Under the pieces are notes generated by a model. The model ran no database searches. It had not been told where the DNA came from and saw only the letters and a list, made by a program, of their open reading frames with translations. A stretch of 61,564 nucleotides of DNA, counting the filler. It is 3 parts of 3 records of this genome, joined end to end, with 100 filler letters (N's around TTAATTAATTAA, not from the genome) between each part and the next. Parts side by side here need not be neighbours in the genome. Positions count along the whole stretch, not along the records: positions 1 to 27,113 come from DRR723986_9966; 2 more parts are not named here. One strand, given 5' to 3'. How positions within the stretch are numbered: position 1 is the stretch's first letter; every line of letters begins with the position of its first letter. Both the position numbers and the translations under genes were made by a program. Of the stretch, positions 8,708 through 17,863 are shown piece by piece.

Positions 8708-9835
8708 ATGCGTCAAACGGTAAATTCACTTCGCCTTCTTTTAGTAGCAATTATGAGCCTTCTGCTTGTTGTGCAAACTGCGCAAGCAACTCCGTCACGC
8801 ATCAAAGACATCATTGCAATTGAAGGTATTCGTGAAAACCAGCTTATTGGCTATGGTTTGGTTGTAGGCCTAAACGGTACAGGTGATACATTCCTGAACG
8901 TGCCATACACACAGCAAAGCTTAACAGCTATGCTGGAACGTCTGGGTGTAAACGCAAAAGAAACAGTTATGCGGCCAGAAAATGTTGCTGCCGTTATGGT
9001 GACGGCCAACCTGCCGTCATTTGCCCGCCAAGGCACACGCATTGATGTATCAGTCAGTTCACTGGGTGATGCGGAAGACCTTAAAGGCGGTACACTTATC
9101 GCAACCCCTCTTCTCGGTGCAGACGGCGAGGTATACTCGGTTGCGCAAGGCGCCGTTGCAGTTGCAGGTTTCAGTGCACAAGGTGAAGCTGCCAGTATTG
9201 TTCAAGGTGTCCCAACAAATGGCCGCATCGCCAACGGCGGTATAGTTGAACGCGAACTCCCTTTTGAGCTGTCCGACATGAATTCTGTGAAGCTTTCGCT
9301 TCATAACCCCGACCTCACAACAGCGCGTCGTGTTACCGCCGCTATCAATAAAAACCTGAATATGCAGATAGCACGAGCCCTTGACCCTGCGACTATTCAA
9401 CTTGAGCGCCCCATAGGGCACCCACTTGCTATGGTTGATATACTAACCAATATTGAGCAGTTGGCGATTACACCAGACCAACGGGCACGGGTTATTATTG
9501 ACGAACGCACGGGTATCATTGTCATCGGCGCGGAAGTGCGCATCAACTCTGTCGCTATTGCACAGGGTAACTTGACCATTAGTATTACGGAAGAACCCCA
9601 AGTGTCGCAGCCCGGTGCATTTGCACAAGGCGGACAAACACAAGTGGTTAACCGCACGGGCATCGAAATTGATGATGGCAGCGACAAGCGCCTAACAGTG
9701 TTAGCGCCCGCAGTAACCTTGCAAGATCTTGTTGACGGCTTAAATGCTCTGGGCATTGGGCCCCGGGACATGATTTCAATTTTGCAGGCCATAAAAGCGT
9801 CAGGTGCTATGCAAGCTGAAATTCAGGTGATGTAA
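8708..9835 (+). CDS. flgI: Flagellar P-ring protein FlgI
   Basis: 'RENQLIGYGLVVGLNGTGD', 'ILQAIKASGAMQAEI'. ATG 8708 (after AAGGA) is preferred because ATG 8660 lies at the predicted transcription start. Confidence 0.96.
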   Translation: MRQTVNSLRLLLVAIMSLLLVVQTAQATPSRIKDIIAIEGIRENQLIGYGLVVGLNGTGDTFLNVPYTQQSLTAMLERLGVNAKETVMRPENVAAVMVTANLPSFARQGTRIDVSVSSLGDAEDLKGGTLIATPLLGADGEVYSVAQGAVAVAGFSAQGEAASIVQGVPTNGRIANGGIVERELPFELSDMNSVKLSLHNPDLTTARRVTAAINKNLNMQIARALDPATIQLERPIGHPLAMVDILTNIEQLAITPDQRARVIIDERTGIIVIGAEVRINSVAIAQGNLTISITEEPQVSQPGAFAQGGQTQVVNRTGIEIDDGSDKRLTVLAPAVTLQDLVDGLNALGIGPRDMISILQAIKASGAMQAEIQVM

Positions 9836-10167
9836 TGCAGGCATTAACCGTAAATATAGCACAAGACCAGCTTATAGAAGCGCAGCTGCGTGCCAGTCAG
9901 TCCGGCATGGGCGCTAGCCGAACAGGCGGCATGAGCAAAGCTGCTGCGCGCGAAGCTGCGGAACAATTTGAAGCAGTATTCCTGGCCCAAATGTTATCGC
10001 CCATGTTCGAAACTGTACCAACTGACAGTTTCATGGGCGGCGGTCATGCTGAAAGCGTTTATCGCGGCATGATGGTGGAAGAAATGGGCAAATCTCTCGC
10101 AAAACAAGGTGGTGTTGGCATTGCCGATTCTGTTTACCGGGAAATAATCAAGCTTCAGGAGGGGTAA
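9835..10167 (+). CDS. flgJ: Short FlgJ (rod-binding domain only)
   Basis: 'AAEQFEAVFLAQMLSPM...GGVGIADSVYRE'; directly after flgI; no muramidase domain. Confidence 0.85.
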   Translation: MQALTVNIAQDQLIEAQLRASQSGMGASRTGGMSKAAAREAAEQFEAVFLAQMLSPMFETVPTDSFMGGGHAESVYRGMMVEEMGKSLAKQGGVGIADSVYREIIKLQEG

Positions 10168-10650
10168 ATGACATTAGTGGATGTCGAATTGCCATCGGAA
10201 TTGAAGCCTTACGCAGCGAGCCTTACCGGACCAGGTGCAAAGTTGGTAAAAATTACCAAATCACTATGCGACCTAATCGCCCGTGAAACCAAACTATTGC
10301 GCGAACGCAAAACCAATGCTGCGCAAATGCTGCACGGTGAAAAAAGTAAGCTAATTGCCGAGTATAAAAACACCATGAGCCAATTACAGGTGAATGAACA
10401 TTTATTGGGTGCCAAGGATTCTGGCGAAAGAAAATATATTAAGTTTGTGACTGAACGACTTCGTGAAATTATTCGGGACCATGCACGCTTGGTTCTCAGG
10501 CTTAAATCAGTTGCTGAAGGACTAATAAAAAGTGTCGGCGAAGAAGTTGCAAAACAGGACAGGCCTGTTGTCTCTTACGGGAACAATGCTGGTTATCAAA
10601 TGCCCCGTGCAGCACGACCAATGTCTTTAAGCCTTAACCAAGTTATATAA
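10168..10650 (+). CDS. FlbY/FlgN-like flagellar helical protein
   Basis: Abuts the flgJ stop with a GGAGG RBS; predicted helical; third gene of the flgI-flgJ operon as in Caulobacter. Confidence 0.55.
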   Translation: MTLVDVELPSELKPYAASLTGPGAKLVKITKSLCDLIARETKLLRERKTNAAQMLHGEKSKLIAEYKNTMSQLQVNEHLLGAKDSGERKYIKFVTERLREIIRDHARLVLRLKSVAEGLIKSVGEEVAKQDRPVVSYGNNAGYQMPRAARPMSLSLNQVI

Positions 10651-10651
10651 C

Positions 10652-10990
10652 ATGACGCTTAATGCACTGCCTATTCCCGCAAAAATACCAACACCTATTC
10701 AAACAGATGTAAAACCATACGTTCGCAACATATCTACCCTGGAGGCATCAACAAAAGCCTTCCTGGCGGAATTAGCCATGACAACAGCCAACAACGGCAA
10801 GCGTATCTCCTCACTATCACAACAAAATGTTGCAAACGCTAACAGTACTCGTGCAGGTGTATATTCACCCGCCTCTTTGGGCATGCCTTCAGCGTCTACC
10901 GGCACATCTTCTACAAGCGCCAGCAAGTGTGCAAACCGCAAACGCCGCAAGGGAAAAACTAATAGCTTGTCGCCATTAAGCCCTCGCTAA
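10652..10990 (+). CDS. Hypothetical Ser/Thr/Ala-rich protein with a basic tail
   Basis: ATG 1 nt after the previous stop and fills the gap before the flagellin promoter; no recognisable family. Confidence 0.35.
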   Translation: MTLNALPIPAKIPTPIQTDVKPYVRNISTLEASTKAFLAELAMTTANNGKRISSLSQQNVANANSTRAGVYSPASLGMPSASTGTSSTSASKCANRKRRKGKTNSLSPLSPR

Positions 10991-11044
10991 ATTTACCTGT
11001 AAAAATATCTTCTCGTTCCTGATGGCTAATTCACATTTTATGCC

Positions 11045-11108
11045 CGGCAGATGTTGCACAAAGGCAGGCAAATCAAGGCAAACCATGCAGGAAAATATTT
11101 TCCTGCAT
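11045..11108 (+). promoter_or_regulatory. ftr-like enhancer region of flagellin 1, including a perfect 24-bp palindrome
   Basis: CGGCAGATGTTGCAC (11045) and ATGCAGGAAAATATTTTCCTGCAT (11085-11108), about 100 bp before the predicted start site. Confidence 0.55.
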
Positions 11109-11173
11109 TTTTCACATCAGGACAAATTTTATTTTAATTATTTAAAAACAAGTGGTTAGCAACTCATAAAAAT

Positions 11174-11189
11174 TGGCACACGTCTTGCT
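11174..11189 (+). promoter_or_regulatory. Sigma54 promoter of flagellin 1
   Basis: TGGCACACGTCTTGCT, near-consensus TGGCAC-N5-TTGC. Confidence 0.88.
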
Positions 11190-11246
11190 ATTTTCAGAGC
11201 ACCGGATAGCCGGGATATTTTTAACGTCATAAACAGGAGAGGTTAA

Positions 11247-12077
11247 ATGACCTTTTCAATTAATGTAAATGCCAGCGCACTTAGTGCGCTACGTAACTTG
11301 AACCAAACAAGTAATGACCTGGGTGATACTCAAACCAGAATTAATACAGGTCTAAGAATTTCATCAGCAAAAGATAATGCAGCAGTATTCTCAATTGCAC
11401 AAAAGCTACGCAGTGACCTACGCGGCCTTTCTGCTGTCGGGCAATCCCTAGATCGCGGCGTATCTACCGTGGATGTAGCACTTGCTGCTGCCAGTGCAGT
11501 GTCAGATTTACTGCTGGAAATGAAGGAAAAAGCCGTAGCGGCAGCCGACCAAGGGTTGGACGCAACAAGCCGCACCGCTCTTTCGCAAGATTTTACATCG
11601 CTTCGAGATCAAATCACTTCTGTGGTAGAAAGTGCAGAATTTAATGGCACAAATTTGATTGATGGCGGTACTGATGCGATTGTTGCCATTACAAATGCTG
11701 ATGCTACTCAAACGCTGACGGTTGAACACCAAACATTGACGCTAGGCAGCACGAATATCCCGATTTCAGCATCGCAAGATATTTCAACACAAACATCAGC
11801 TTCGAATGCCGTTACAGATATCTCAACGGCTATCAACAACCTGAATGCTGCTTTAACTAAGCTAGGCTCTGGCTCAACCGCGCTAGAGCAAAGCCGGAAC
11901 TTCGCCAGCCAACTTTCAGACGTAATCGAAGTTGGTATTGGTAACCTTGTTGACGCTGATTTGGCAAAAGAAAGCGCAAACTTGCAAGCACTTCAGGTAA
12001 AACAGCAGCTTGGAATCCAAGCATTATCGATTGCGAACCAATCACCACAATCAATACTCTCGCTCTTCCAAAACTAA
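11247..12077 (+). CDS. Flagellin (short Caulobacter Flj-type)
   Basis: 'INTGLRISSAKDNAA', 'GIGNLVDADLAKESANLQALQVKQQLG'; AGGAGAGG RBS. Confidence 0.96.
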   Translation: MTFSINVNASALSALRNLNQTSNDLGDTQTRINTGLRISSAKDNAAVFSIAQKLRSDLRGLSAVGQSLDRGVSTVDVALAAASAVSDLLLEMKEKAVAAADQGLDATSRTALSQDFTSLRDQITSVVESAEFNGTNLIDGGTDAIVAITNADATQTLTVEHQTLTLGSTNIPISASQDISTQTSASNAVTDISTAINNLNAALTKLGSGSTALEQSRNFASQLSDVIEVGIGNLVDADLAKESANLQALQVKQQLGIQALSIANQSPQSILSLFQN

Positions 12078-12114
12078 TGGTGGCTTAATCAGGCCATAGT
12101 TTATGACGTTTCTC

Positions 12115-12159
12115 GCCCACTACCCTATGCATAAGCAGCATAAAGGGTGGTGGGCTTTT
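12115..12159 (+). terminator. Intrinsic terminator after flagellin 1
   Basis: GCCCACTACCCT...AGGGTGGTGGGC stem followed by TTTT. Confidence 0.65.
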
Positions 12160-12234
12160 ACTATGGGTAAACTTGTCTAATAACCAAGCTGGTGCGGCTT
12201 GGCTCTATAGCACTAAGAAATAAAAATAAGAAAA

Positions 12235-13428
12235 TTAGCTGATTAAAGTTTGGCGCAACGCTTTTGCCACGCGTTCAATATCTGCCTCGGTCATACCAGG
12301 AAAAATAGGCAAACTTAAAACACCTTGGTAATAGGCATCAGCCCCCGGCAAACTTTGTATGCCGTATCGTTCCGTATAGTAAGGCTGGCTTGATACAGGC
12401 ACATAATGCACCTGGGTTCCAATGTTGGCCAAAACGAGCTGTTTCATCACTTCAGCTCGGTCTATACCCGCAGCCTTGAAGTCAATTTTTACCGGGTACA
12501 AATGCCAGGCTGAGTGAGAATGAGGAGACCGCTCAATTGGGCTGACAAGATTGGATAAACCATCAAGATGATGGTCATACCAATCAGCAATCTGTCGTCG
12601 ATTAGCAATAAACCCCGGTAACTTTTTCAATTGGCTTAAACCAAGCGCACACTGAATATCAGTAGCGCGGTAATTATACGCCAGAGTTTGCATCTCATAA
12701 TACCAAGGATTTGGGCTTCCGTCTGCGGCGCTTCCTTGCTCAGGGTTTAACCACGCCGACGATGTTTTTTCCATCGCATGACCTCGCAGCATGCGCATTT
12801 GCTGTGCTGCTTGCCTATTCGAGGTGGTTATAACCCCGCCCTCCCCCATAGCGATTGACTTAACTGGGTGCAGGGAGAAAGTGCCAAAGTCTTCAAACTG
12901 GCCGTCACCCGGCTTGCCCTTAGCAACATAATCGGCACCAAGTGCATGACAGCAGTCAGTTATTATTTTGATGTTGTTTTCCCGAGCAAATGCCGTGATT
13001 CCCGCCATATCGCCTGATTGGCCGTTCATATGAACAGGCAGCACTGCCTTTGGCTTTTTGGGTGAGCGAGCGACAGCATTCTTAAAGGTATCAACTGACA
13101 TCAGACCATTGCTTGGGTCAACATCAGCAAAACAAACCTCAGCGCCCGTCATTCGAATGGCATTGGCCGTTGCTAGAAAGGTAATAGAAGGCACAACAGC
13201 TATGTCGCCTTTCCCCAAACCGGCCGTCAAAGCAGCCAAATGCAATGCGGCTGTGCCGTTCGAGCAAACCACAGCCTCCTTAACACCAATATAGTGGGCA
13301 AATGCTGCCTCAAATTCCGCAATTTTAGGCCCGCAGGTCAATGGACCATTTTTTAAGACGTTAGTAACAGCATCAATGTCTGCCTGGTCAATTGTATGAC
13401 GGCCATATGGAAGAAAACTGTCTGTCAC
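12235..13428 (-). CDS. pseC: UDP-4-amino-4,6-dideoxy-N-acetyl-beta-L-altrosamine transaminase (PseC/FlmB)
   Basis: 'FLPYGRHTID', PLP lysine motif 'SLHPVKSIAMGEGG'; DegT family; follows pseB. Confidence 0.9.
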   Translation of the reverse strand: MTDSFLPYGRHTIDQADIDAVTNVLKNGPLTCGPKIAEFEAAFAHYIGVKEAVVCSNGTAALHLAALTAGLGKGDIAVVPSITFLATANAIRMTGAEVCFADVDPSNGLMSVDTFKNAVARSPKKPKAVLPVHMNGQSGDMAGITAFARENNIKIITDCCHALGADYVAKGKPGDGQFEDFGTFSLHPVKSIAMGEGGVITTSNRQAAQQMRMLRGHAMEKTSSAWLNPEQGSAADGSPNPWYYEMQTLAYNYRATDIQCALGLSQLKKLPGFIANRRQIADWYDHHLDGLSNLVSPIERSPHSHSAWHLYPVKIDFKAAGIDRAEVMKQLVLANIGTQVHYVPVSSQPYYTERYGIQSLPGADAYYQGVLSLPIFPGMTEADIERVAKALRQTLIS

Positions 13429-13434
13429 TCTTGG

Positions 13435-14478
13435 CTACTCGCCCTCATCTGGAATGGATTTTAGTGTTTCACGCAAGGCTTCCACTGTCATCCATTCATT
13501 GTTCTGGTCACTGGTATATTCAAATTTCTCACGAACCAACGGATGACCATCGTCTTTATGGGCTGGCCTGTGCCAAAAGCTCCACTCAGGTTCAATGATA
13601 TATCGGTCCGGCAAGTCAAGGGTCGTTGGTGCATTATGTTCCGTAATCATCAACTCATGAAGCTTTTCACCCGGCCTTATACCCACAATATTGCATTTTA
13701 AGTCAGGTGCCAACGCCTTCACCAAATCAGTGATTAGCATTGACGGAATTTTGGGTACAAAAATCTCACCGCCGCGCATCATGTCAATGCAGGTGGTTGT
13801 GAAATCAACGGCGTCTTTCAGTTCAATCCAAAATCGCGTCATGCGCTCATCGGTAACAGGCAGTTCTGTTGCCCCTTCTTTCATGAGTTTTCTAAAGAAC
13901 GGAATAACACTGCCGCGCGAACCCAGTACATTGCCGTATCGTACAACCGAAAACTTGGTGTCTGTGCCAGACGCCAACGCATTGGCAGCAACAAAAATTT
14001 TATCAGAAGCAAGCTTGCTGGCGCCGTATAAATTGATCGGATTAACAGCTTTATCTGTTGATAAAGCCAACACTTTACCAACGCCGGCCTGTATAGCAGC
14101 CTGAACAACATTTTCGGCACCCATGACATTAGTTCGGATGCATTCAAAGGGGTTATATTCGGCAAGCGGCACCTGCTTTTGTGCGGCGGCATGAATGACA
14201 ATATCGATGTTCCGCATCGCCATAACAACCCGCTCTTTATCTCGAACATCACCGATGAAAAATCGAACTTTTTTGCTATCTTCTTCGCTAAGGCTATTTT
14301 GCAGCAAAAAATGATTATACTCGCCCCGCGCAAAGACAATGATGCGCCTTGGGTTATGGTGCTTAAGTAATTGCCTGACCATTTTCTTACCGAAAGAGCC
14401 AGTACCACCTGTAATCAGGATAGATTTGCCGTCCAAGTTAACAGTTGAGCTATCAAATCCGTTTAACGCCATGACCAT
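13435..14478 (-). CDS. pseB: UDP-GlcNAc 4,6-dehydratase (inverting) (PseB/FlmA)
   Basis: 'ITGGTGSFG', 'LSTDKAVNPINLYGASKL', 'VRYGNVLGSRGSV', 'GIRPGEKLHE'. Confidence 0.93.
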   Translation of the reverse strand: MVMALNGFDSSTVNLDGKSILITGGTGSFGKKMVRQLLKHHNPRRIIVFARGEYNHFLLQNSLSEEDSKKVRFFIGDVRDKERVVMAMRNIDIVIHAAAQKQVPLAEYNPFECIRTNVMGAENVVQAAIQAGVGKVLALSTDKAVNPINLYGASKLASDKIFVAANALASGTDTKFSVVRYGNVLGSRGSVIPFFRKLMKEGATELPVTDERMTRFWIELKDAVDFTTTCIDMMRGGEIFVPKIPSMLITDLVKALAPDLKCNIVGIRPGEKLHELMITEHNAPTTLDLPDRYIIEPEWSFWHRPAHKDDGHPLVREKFEYTSDQNNEWMTVEALRETLKSIPDEGE

Positions 14479-14518
14479 CGTTCCATCTATTGATTGTTAT
14501 TCATCAAAGCAAAAGTGC

Positions 14519-14533
14519 TTAACTAGAAATGAA
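14519..14533 (-). promoter_or_regulatory. CtrA-like box upstream of pseB
   Basis: Minus strand TTCA-TTTCTAG-TTAA (N7 spacing). Confidence 0.45.
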
Positions 14534-14551
14534 TAAATTTATTTTTAACAA

Positions 14552-16558
14552 CTACTTAGCCTGCATTCCAAACTCGATTGAATAGCGAACAATCGGGTCA
14601 GGTAAAACCAATGACGAGCCGTTAAGCGACGATTTAACTGTCTCGTCAGATTCGCCGAGCGTGATTGCCGCCCGAACAAAAAAGCTATTTGAAACTGTCT
14701 TTGCAGTAATCAAGCCAACTCCGGCTGCGTCTGTGCGCTGCATAGTCAGCTTGACAAAATGTTGAGCATCTCCCAGCTCTAAAACACTGTCTGTCAGCCC
14801 TAAAGCAGTCGATGCAGAAACCAACCTGGATACCGATGCACCGTGGTCAACAGGCACCAAATCATCATCCCACAAAGAATGTCTTTCGCGCGTACGCCCA
14901 CCATTTTGAGTTTCAAAATAAAGGCTTTCAGCTTCAAACGCGTTAGGGTTAAGCATCACATGGCCACACCTGAAACTGCCATGGGGTAACGGAAATGAAA
15001 TGCCCTTGTAGCTTACTGTTATGGACCGGGACTGAATTTCAAACTCAATCATTTTTTGAAGACGACCCAATGCGGTATTAATTTCAGCTGTAATCTGAAC
15101 GATTTTGTTTTCGCCGCAGTAAACAATTTTTGGCTTACATTTAGCCAAGTCAGTCATTTTACTATGCGCCGAAGGCTCTCCAACAAAATGGCCGCTGTAA
15201 AAATCTGCACCATATTCAATGTCGTCAAAAAATCCGTGCGCAAGTGTGCCAAGCAATCCGTTTTTTGAAGGTGCTCCTGCTTGCGTGGGCGCATATTTTC
15301 CAGGACCAAACGACTGAATAGCAAGCCCTCGACTACAATTCAGTGCCAGATGAAAATTTTGTGTTTCAATAATGAGAAAACGACTTTCTTGCCGCACAAA
15401 AACCTCAGCTGGTAGATCAGTTCCTGTAAGTGAAAATACGTCCGGCCGCACTGGCTCAGGAAGGTTTAAACCTTCAATCCTCTTGAGCAATGCATTCCAG
15501 CGTTTTTCCGTAATATGGGTTCTGAAATCACTTGCCCATAGCTCACATAATAAACGCTGGTGTTCCTCGCTGACTTCACCGAAAGCTAGAGCGTCGTCAA
15601 ACAAACGCCAACATGCTGTATTTAAACCTAAATCATCACGACCAGTAACCGCCCACCGTAAAATATTGTATTTACGTTGCTTCTTAACAGGAACTGGTGC
15701 CCGCGCAGTTTCCAAGCGGATTGGCGCACTATTGGGCGCAAGGAAAGCCAAGGCATCACTGGGTGTTCCAACCTTTACTGCGTCGCTGGAACTTAAGGCT
15801 TTCAGCAAAAGCGATATACGCTCATATTCAGATATGGCCCCAACACAGGCTTCAGAGCTATACCTGCCCGGACGGTAATCAAAAATTTCAGCATCGCTTG
15901 TGTATATAGGGAATGCGCAAGCGCCCTGCTCCAGCTGCAACCCCATAAATTCAAAATATTCGTCGGCGCCAATTTCAGCTTGTGCATACCGCTGAAATTT
16001 TTGGAAAGACATAGCATCTGACCAAATCACCGGTAATGTCACACCGTCCACGCCGGTAAGGACTTGCGGTCGGTGAGCGAAGTTTTTTGACCAATTATGG
16101 TTGTGGCTTGAAGGCTCAGACCAGTCCATCATCACAGCTTCAAAGCCGGCAGCCTTGTATAGCGGTAGAATTCCCGGCGAATAAGCTTGCTCATTAAGCA
16201 ACGCCACTTTTGGCCTTACATTCAACATGTCTTGGTAATCTTGCATGCCCAAGGCCAAATTCATCTCGGTCATTTCGGCAGGCACCAAGGGCGCGACCAT
16301 CTGGGTATAACCACTGCCGATAAACTCAACCGAACCTGCCGCAATTAATTGGCGTAGAGCATCAACCCATTTCGGGTCCCGTTTCATGACTTCGCGAAGG
16401 GTAAAACTGGTCGCTTCAATACCAATCGGGTAACCATCTTCAGCCAACTTCAACAGCGGCCAATAACACCGGTTAATAACAGCCGTACGGTCTTCTTCTT
16501 CTATAGAAGAGAAAGCCAAATTGAGATGAAAAGCAGTGTAAATAAGAGCTTGCGGCAT
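14552..16558 (-). CDS. Glycoside hydrolase family 57-like protein
   Basis: N-terminal 'FHLNLAFSSIE...RCYWPLL', 'GSVEFIGSGYTQ', 'NEQAYS' and 'SDAE' resembling the GH57 conserved regions. Confidence 0.65.
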   Translation of the reverse strand: MPQALIYTAFHLNLAFSSIEEEDRTAVINRCYWPLLKLAEDGYPIGIEATSFTLREVMKRDPKWVDALRQLIAAGSVEFIGSGYTQMVAPLVPAEMTEMNLALGMQDYQDMLNVRPKVALLNEQAYSPGILPLYKAAGFEAVMMDWSEPSSHNHNWSKNFAHRPQVLTGVDGVTLPVIWSDAMSFQKFQRYAQAEIGADEYFEFMGLQLEQGACAFPIYTSDAEIFDYRPGRYSSEACVGAISEYERISLLLKALSSSDAVKVGTPSDALAFLAPNSAPIRLETARAPVPVKKQRKYNILRWAVTGRDDLGLNTACWRLFDDALAFGEVSEEHQRLLCELWASDFRTHITEKRWNALLKRIEGLNLPEPVRPDVFSLTGTDLPAEVFVRQESRFLIIETQNFHLALNCSRGLAIQSFGPGKYAPTQAGAPSKNGLLGTLAHGFFDDIEYGADFYSGHFVGEPSAHSKMTDLAKCKPKIVYCGENKIVQITAEINTALGRLQKMIEFEIQSRSITVSYKGISFPLPHGSFRCGHVMLNPNAFEAESLYFETQNGGRTRERHSLWDDDLVPVDHGASVSRLVSASTALGLTDSVLELGDAQHFVKLTMQRTDAAGVGLITAKTVSNSFFVRAAITLGESDETVKSSLNGSSLVLPDPIVRYSIEFGMQAK

Positions 16559-16607
16559 AACGGCCCGACAACAGTTAAATCCAGAGCCTAGATATAACTG
16601 CCAAAAG

Positions 16608-16623
16608 CTAACGACATGTTAAC
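16608..16623 (-). promoter_or_regulatory. CtrA-like box upstream of the GH57-like gene
   Basis: Minus strand TTAA-CATGTCG-TTAG, followed about 9 nt later by GTTATATC (a -10-like element). Confidence 0.6.
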
Positions 16624-16697
16624 CATAGTCTTATTTATAGAGGTTTATAGAGCTTGGGCACGGGTATTCGAAACTCAAGTCCAAACCTTATCACTTT

Positions 16698-17861
16698 TTA
16701 GGAAACGATGAATTTATGCCCAGTTTTCAATGCCTGTTGCACACCGTGCAAAACATACTCAGTTTTTGCGGATTCTTCCAAGGAAGGTATACATCCATTT
16801 TCAGGCCAGGTTTCATCACCAATAGTGCAATCCAAAAATTGCCGCACGCTATCATAGCCATAACCCGAAAACTCAATACTGCCGTGTAAATTCAATGTCT
16901 CACCAAAGAAATAAGGGTTAATTTCACTGACACCCTCATCGGACCAAACATTGATACCCCGTCTTGTTTGATCAAGGGAAACAAGACCATTCTCAAATTG
17001 TGCTTTTATTGTTTGAAGGCTTTTGGTTGGTGCGCCTGAAGGGTTAAACCATCCAACATTCATGGGGCACATTAAAGGTCCCATAGCAGTATTAAACTTT
17101 ATGGTTGCCAACACACCGTCGAATTGACCTGTTTCCTTGAAAACAATACCCTTGAGGGGTTCGGCCTCAACGGACACCAAACGTGCTTCAGGATACAGAT
17201 AAAAAACCTGATCTACATAGTGGCATCCAATATAGGTAAATACATCAACATCCTTGGCCCAACTGAACACATCAATCGGCAACACGCGCGGCTGATGATA
17301 GTCAACAGAATAGGACAACAGCCGTCCCATTTCGCCGCTATTCGCTTTAATTTTCAGCCACGCGTTTGAGGCATCAAAACGCTTGTGATAATCCACCCAT
17401 ACTTTGGCCGCAGTTTGACTTTGCAGCGCAACAAGTGCTTGTGTATCAACCCAATTTCCACAAAGCGGCTTTACCAACCAAAGCGGCACAGCTCGCTGCA
17501 TGCACATTTCGCTATAAATTCGATGATATTGGTCCGGAACTGCCACAAAGCATGCATGAATGTTGCCGGCTTCAATAAGCGACGCAACCTTCTGATCAGG
17601 AAAAAACTCTACCGAAATTAGCTCAGCCGGTATCTGCATTGATTGCATTATTGCCACCACTTTAAGCTGCTTACCCGCCAAAGTTTCCGGGTTATGATAG
17701 GTTATTTTAACAGACGCTTTTTGTGACTCTATTGCATCCGTCACCCTTTGTTTTTGCGTTTGCATTTTATGCAACCACTGCAGCACGGACCTGAGCACCA
17801 CCCCGGGTCCATACATATCGCTCAAAACATAAGACCCTGAACCAACGATCAATATATTCAT
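16698..17861 (-). CDS. Gfo/Idh/MocA family NAD(P)-dependent oxidoreductase
   Basis: 'ILIVGSGS', 'FVAVPDQYH', 'LVKPL', 'VDYHKRFD', 'GCHYVD'. Confidence 0.8.
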   Translation of the reverse strand: MNILIVGSGSYVLSDMYGPGVVLRSVLQWLHKMQTQKQRVTDAIESQKASVKITYHNPETLAGKQLKVVAIMQSMQIPAELISVEFFPDQKVASLIEAGNIHACFVAVPDQYHRIYSEMCMQRAVPLWLVKPLCGNWVDTQALVALQSQTAAKVWVDYHKRFDASNAWLKIKANSGEMGRLLSYSVDYHQPRVLPIDVFSWAKDVDVFTYIGCHYVDQVFYLYPEARLVSVEAEPLKGIVFKETGQFDGVLATIKFNTAMGPLMCPMNVGWFNPSGAPTKSLQTIKAQFENGLVSLDQTRRGINVWSDEGVSEINPYFFGETLNLHGSIEFSGYGYDSVRQFLDCTIGDETWPENGCIPSLEESAKTEYVLHGVQQALKTGHKFIVS

Positions 17862-17863
17862 GA

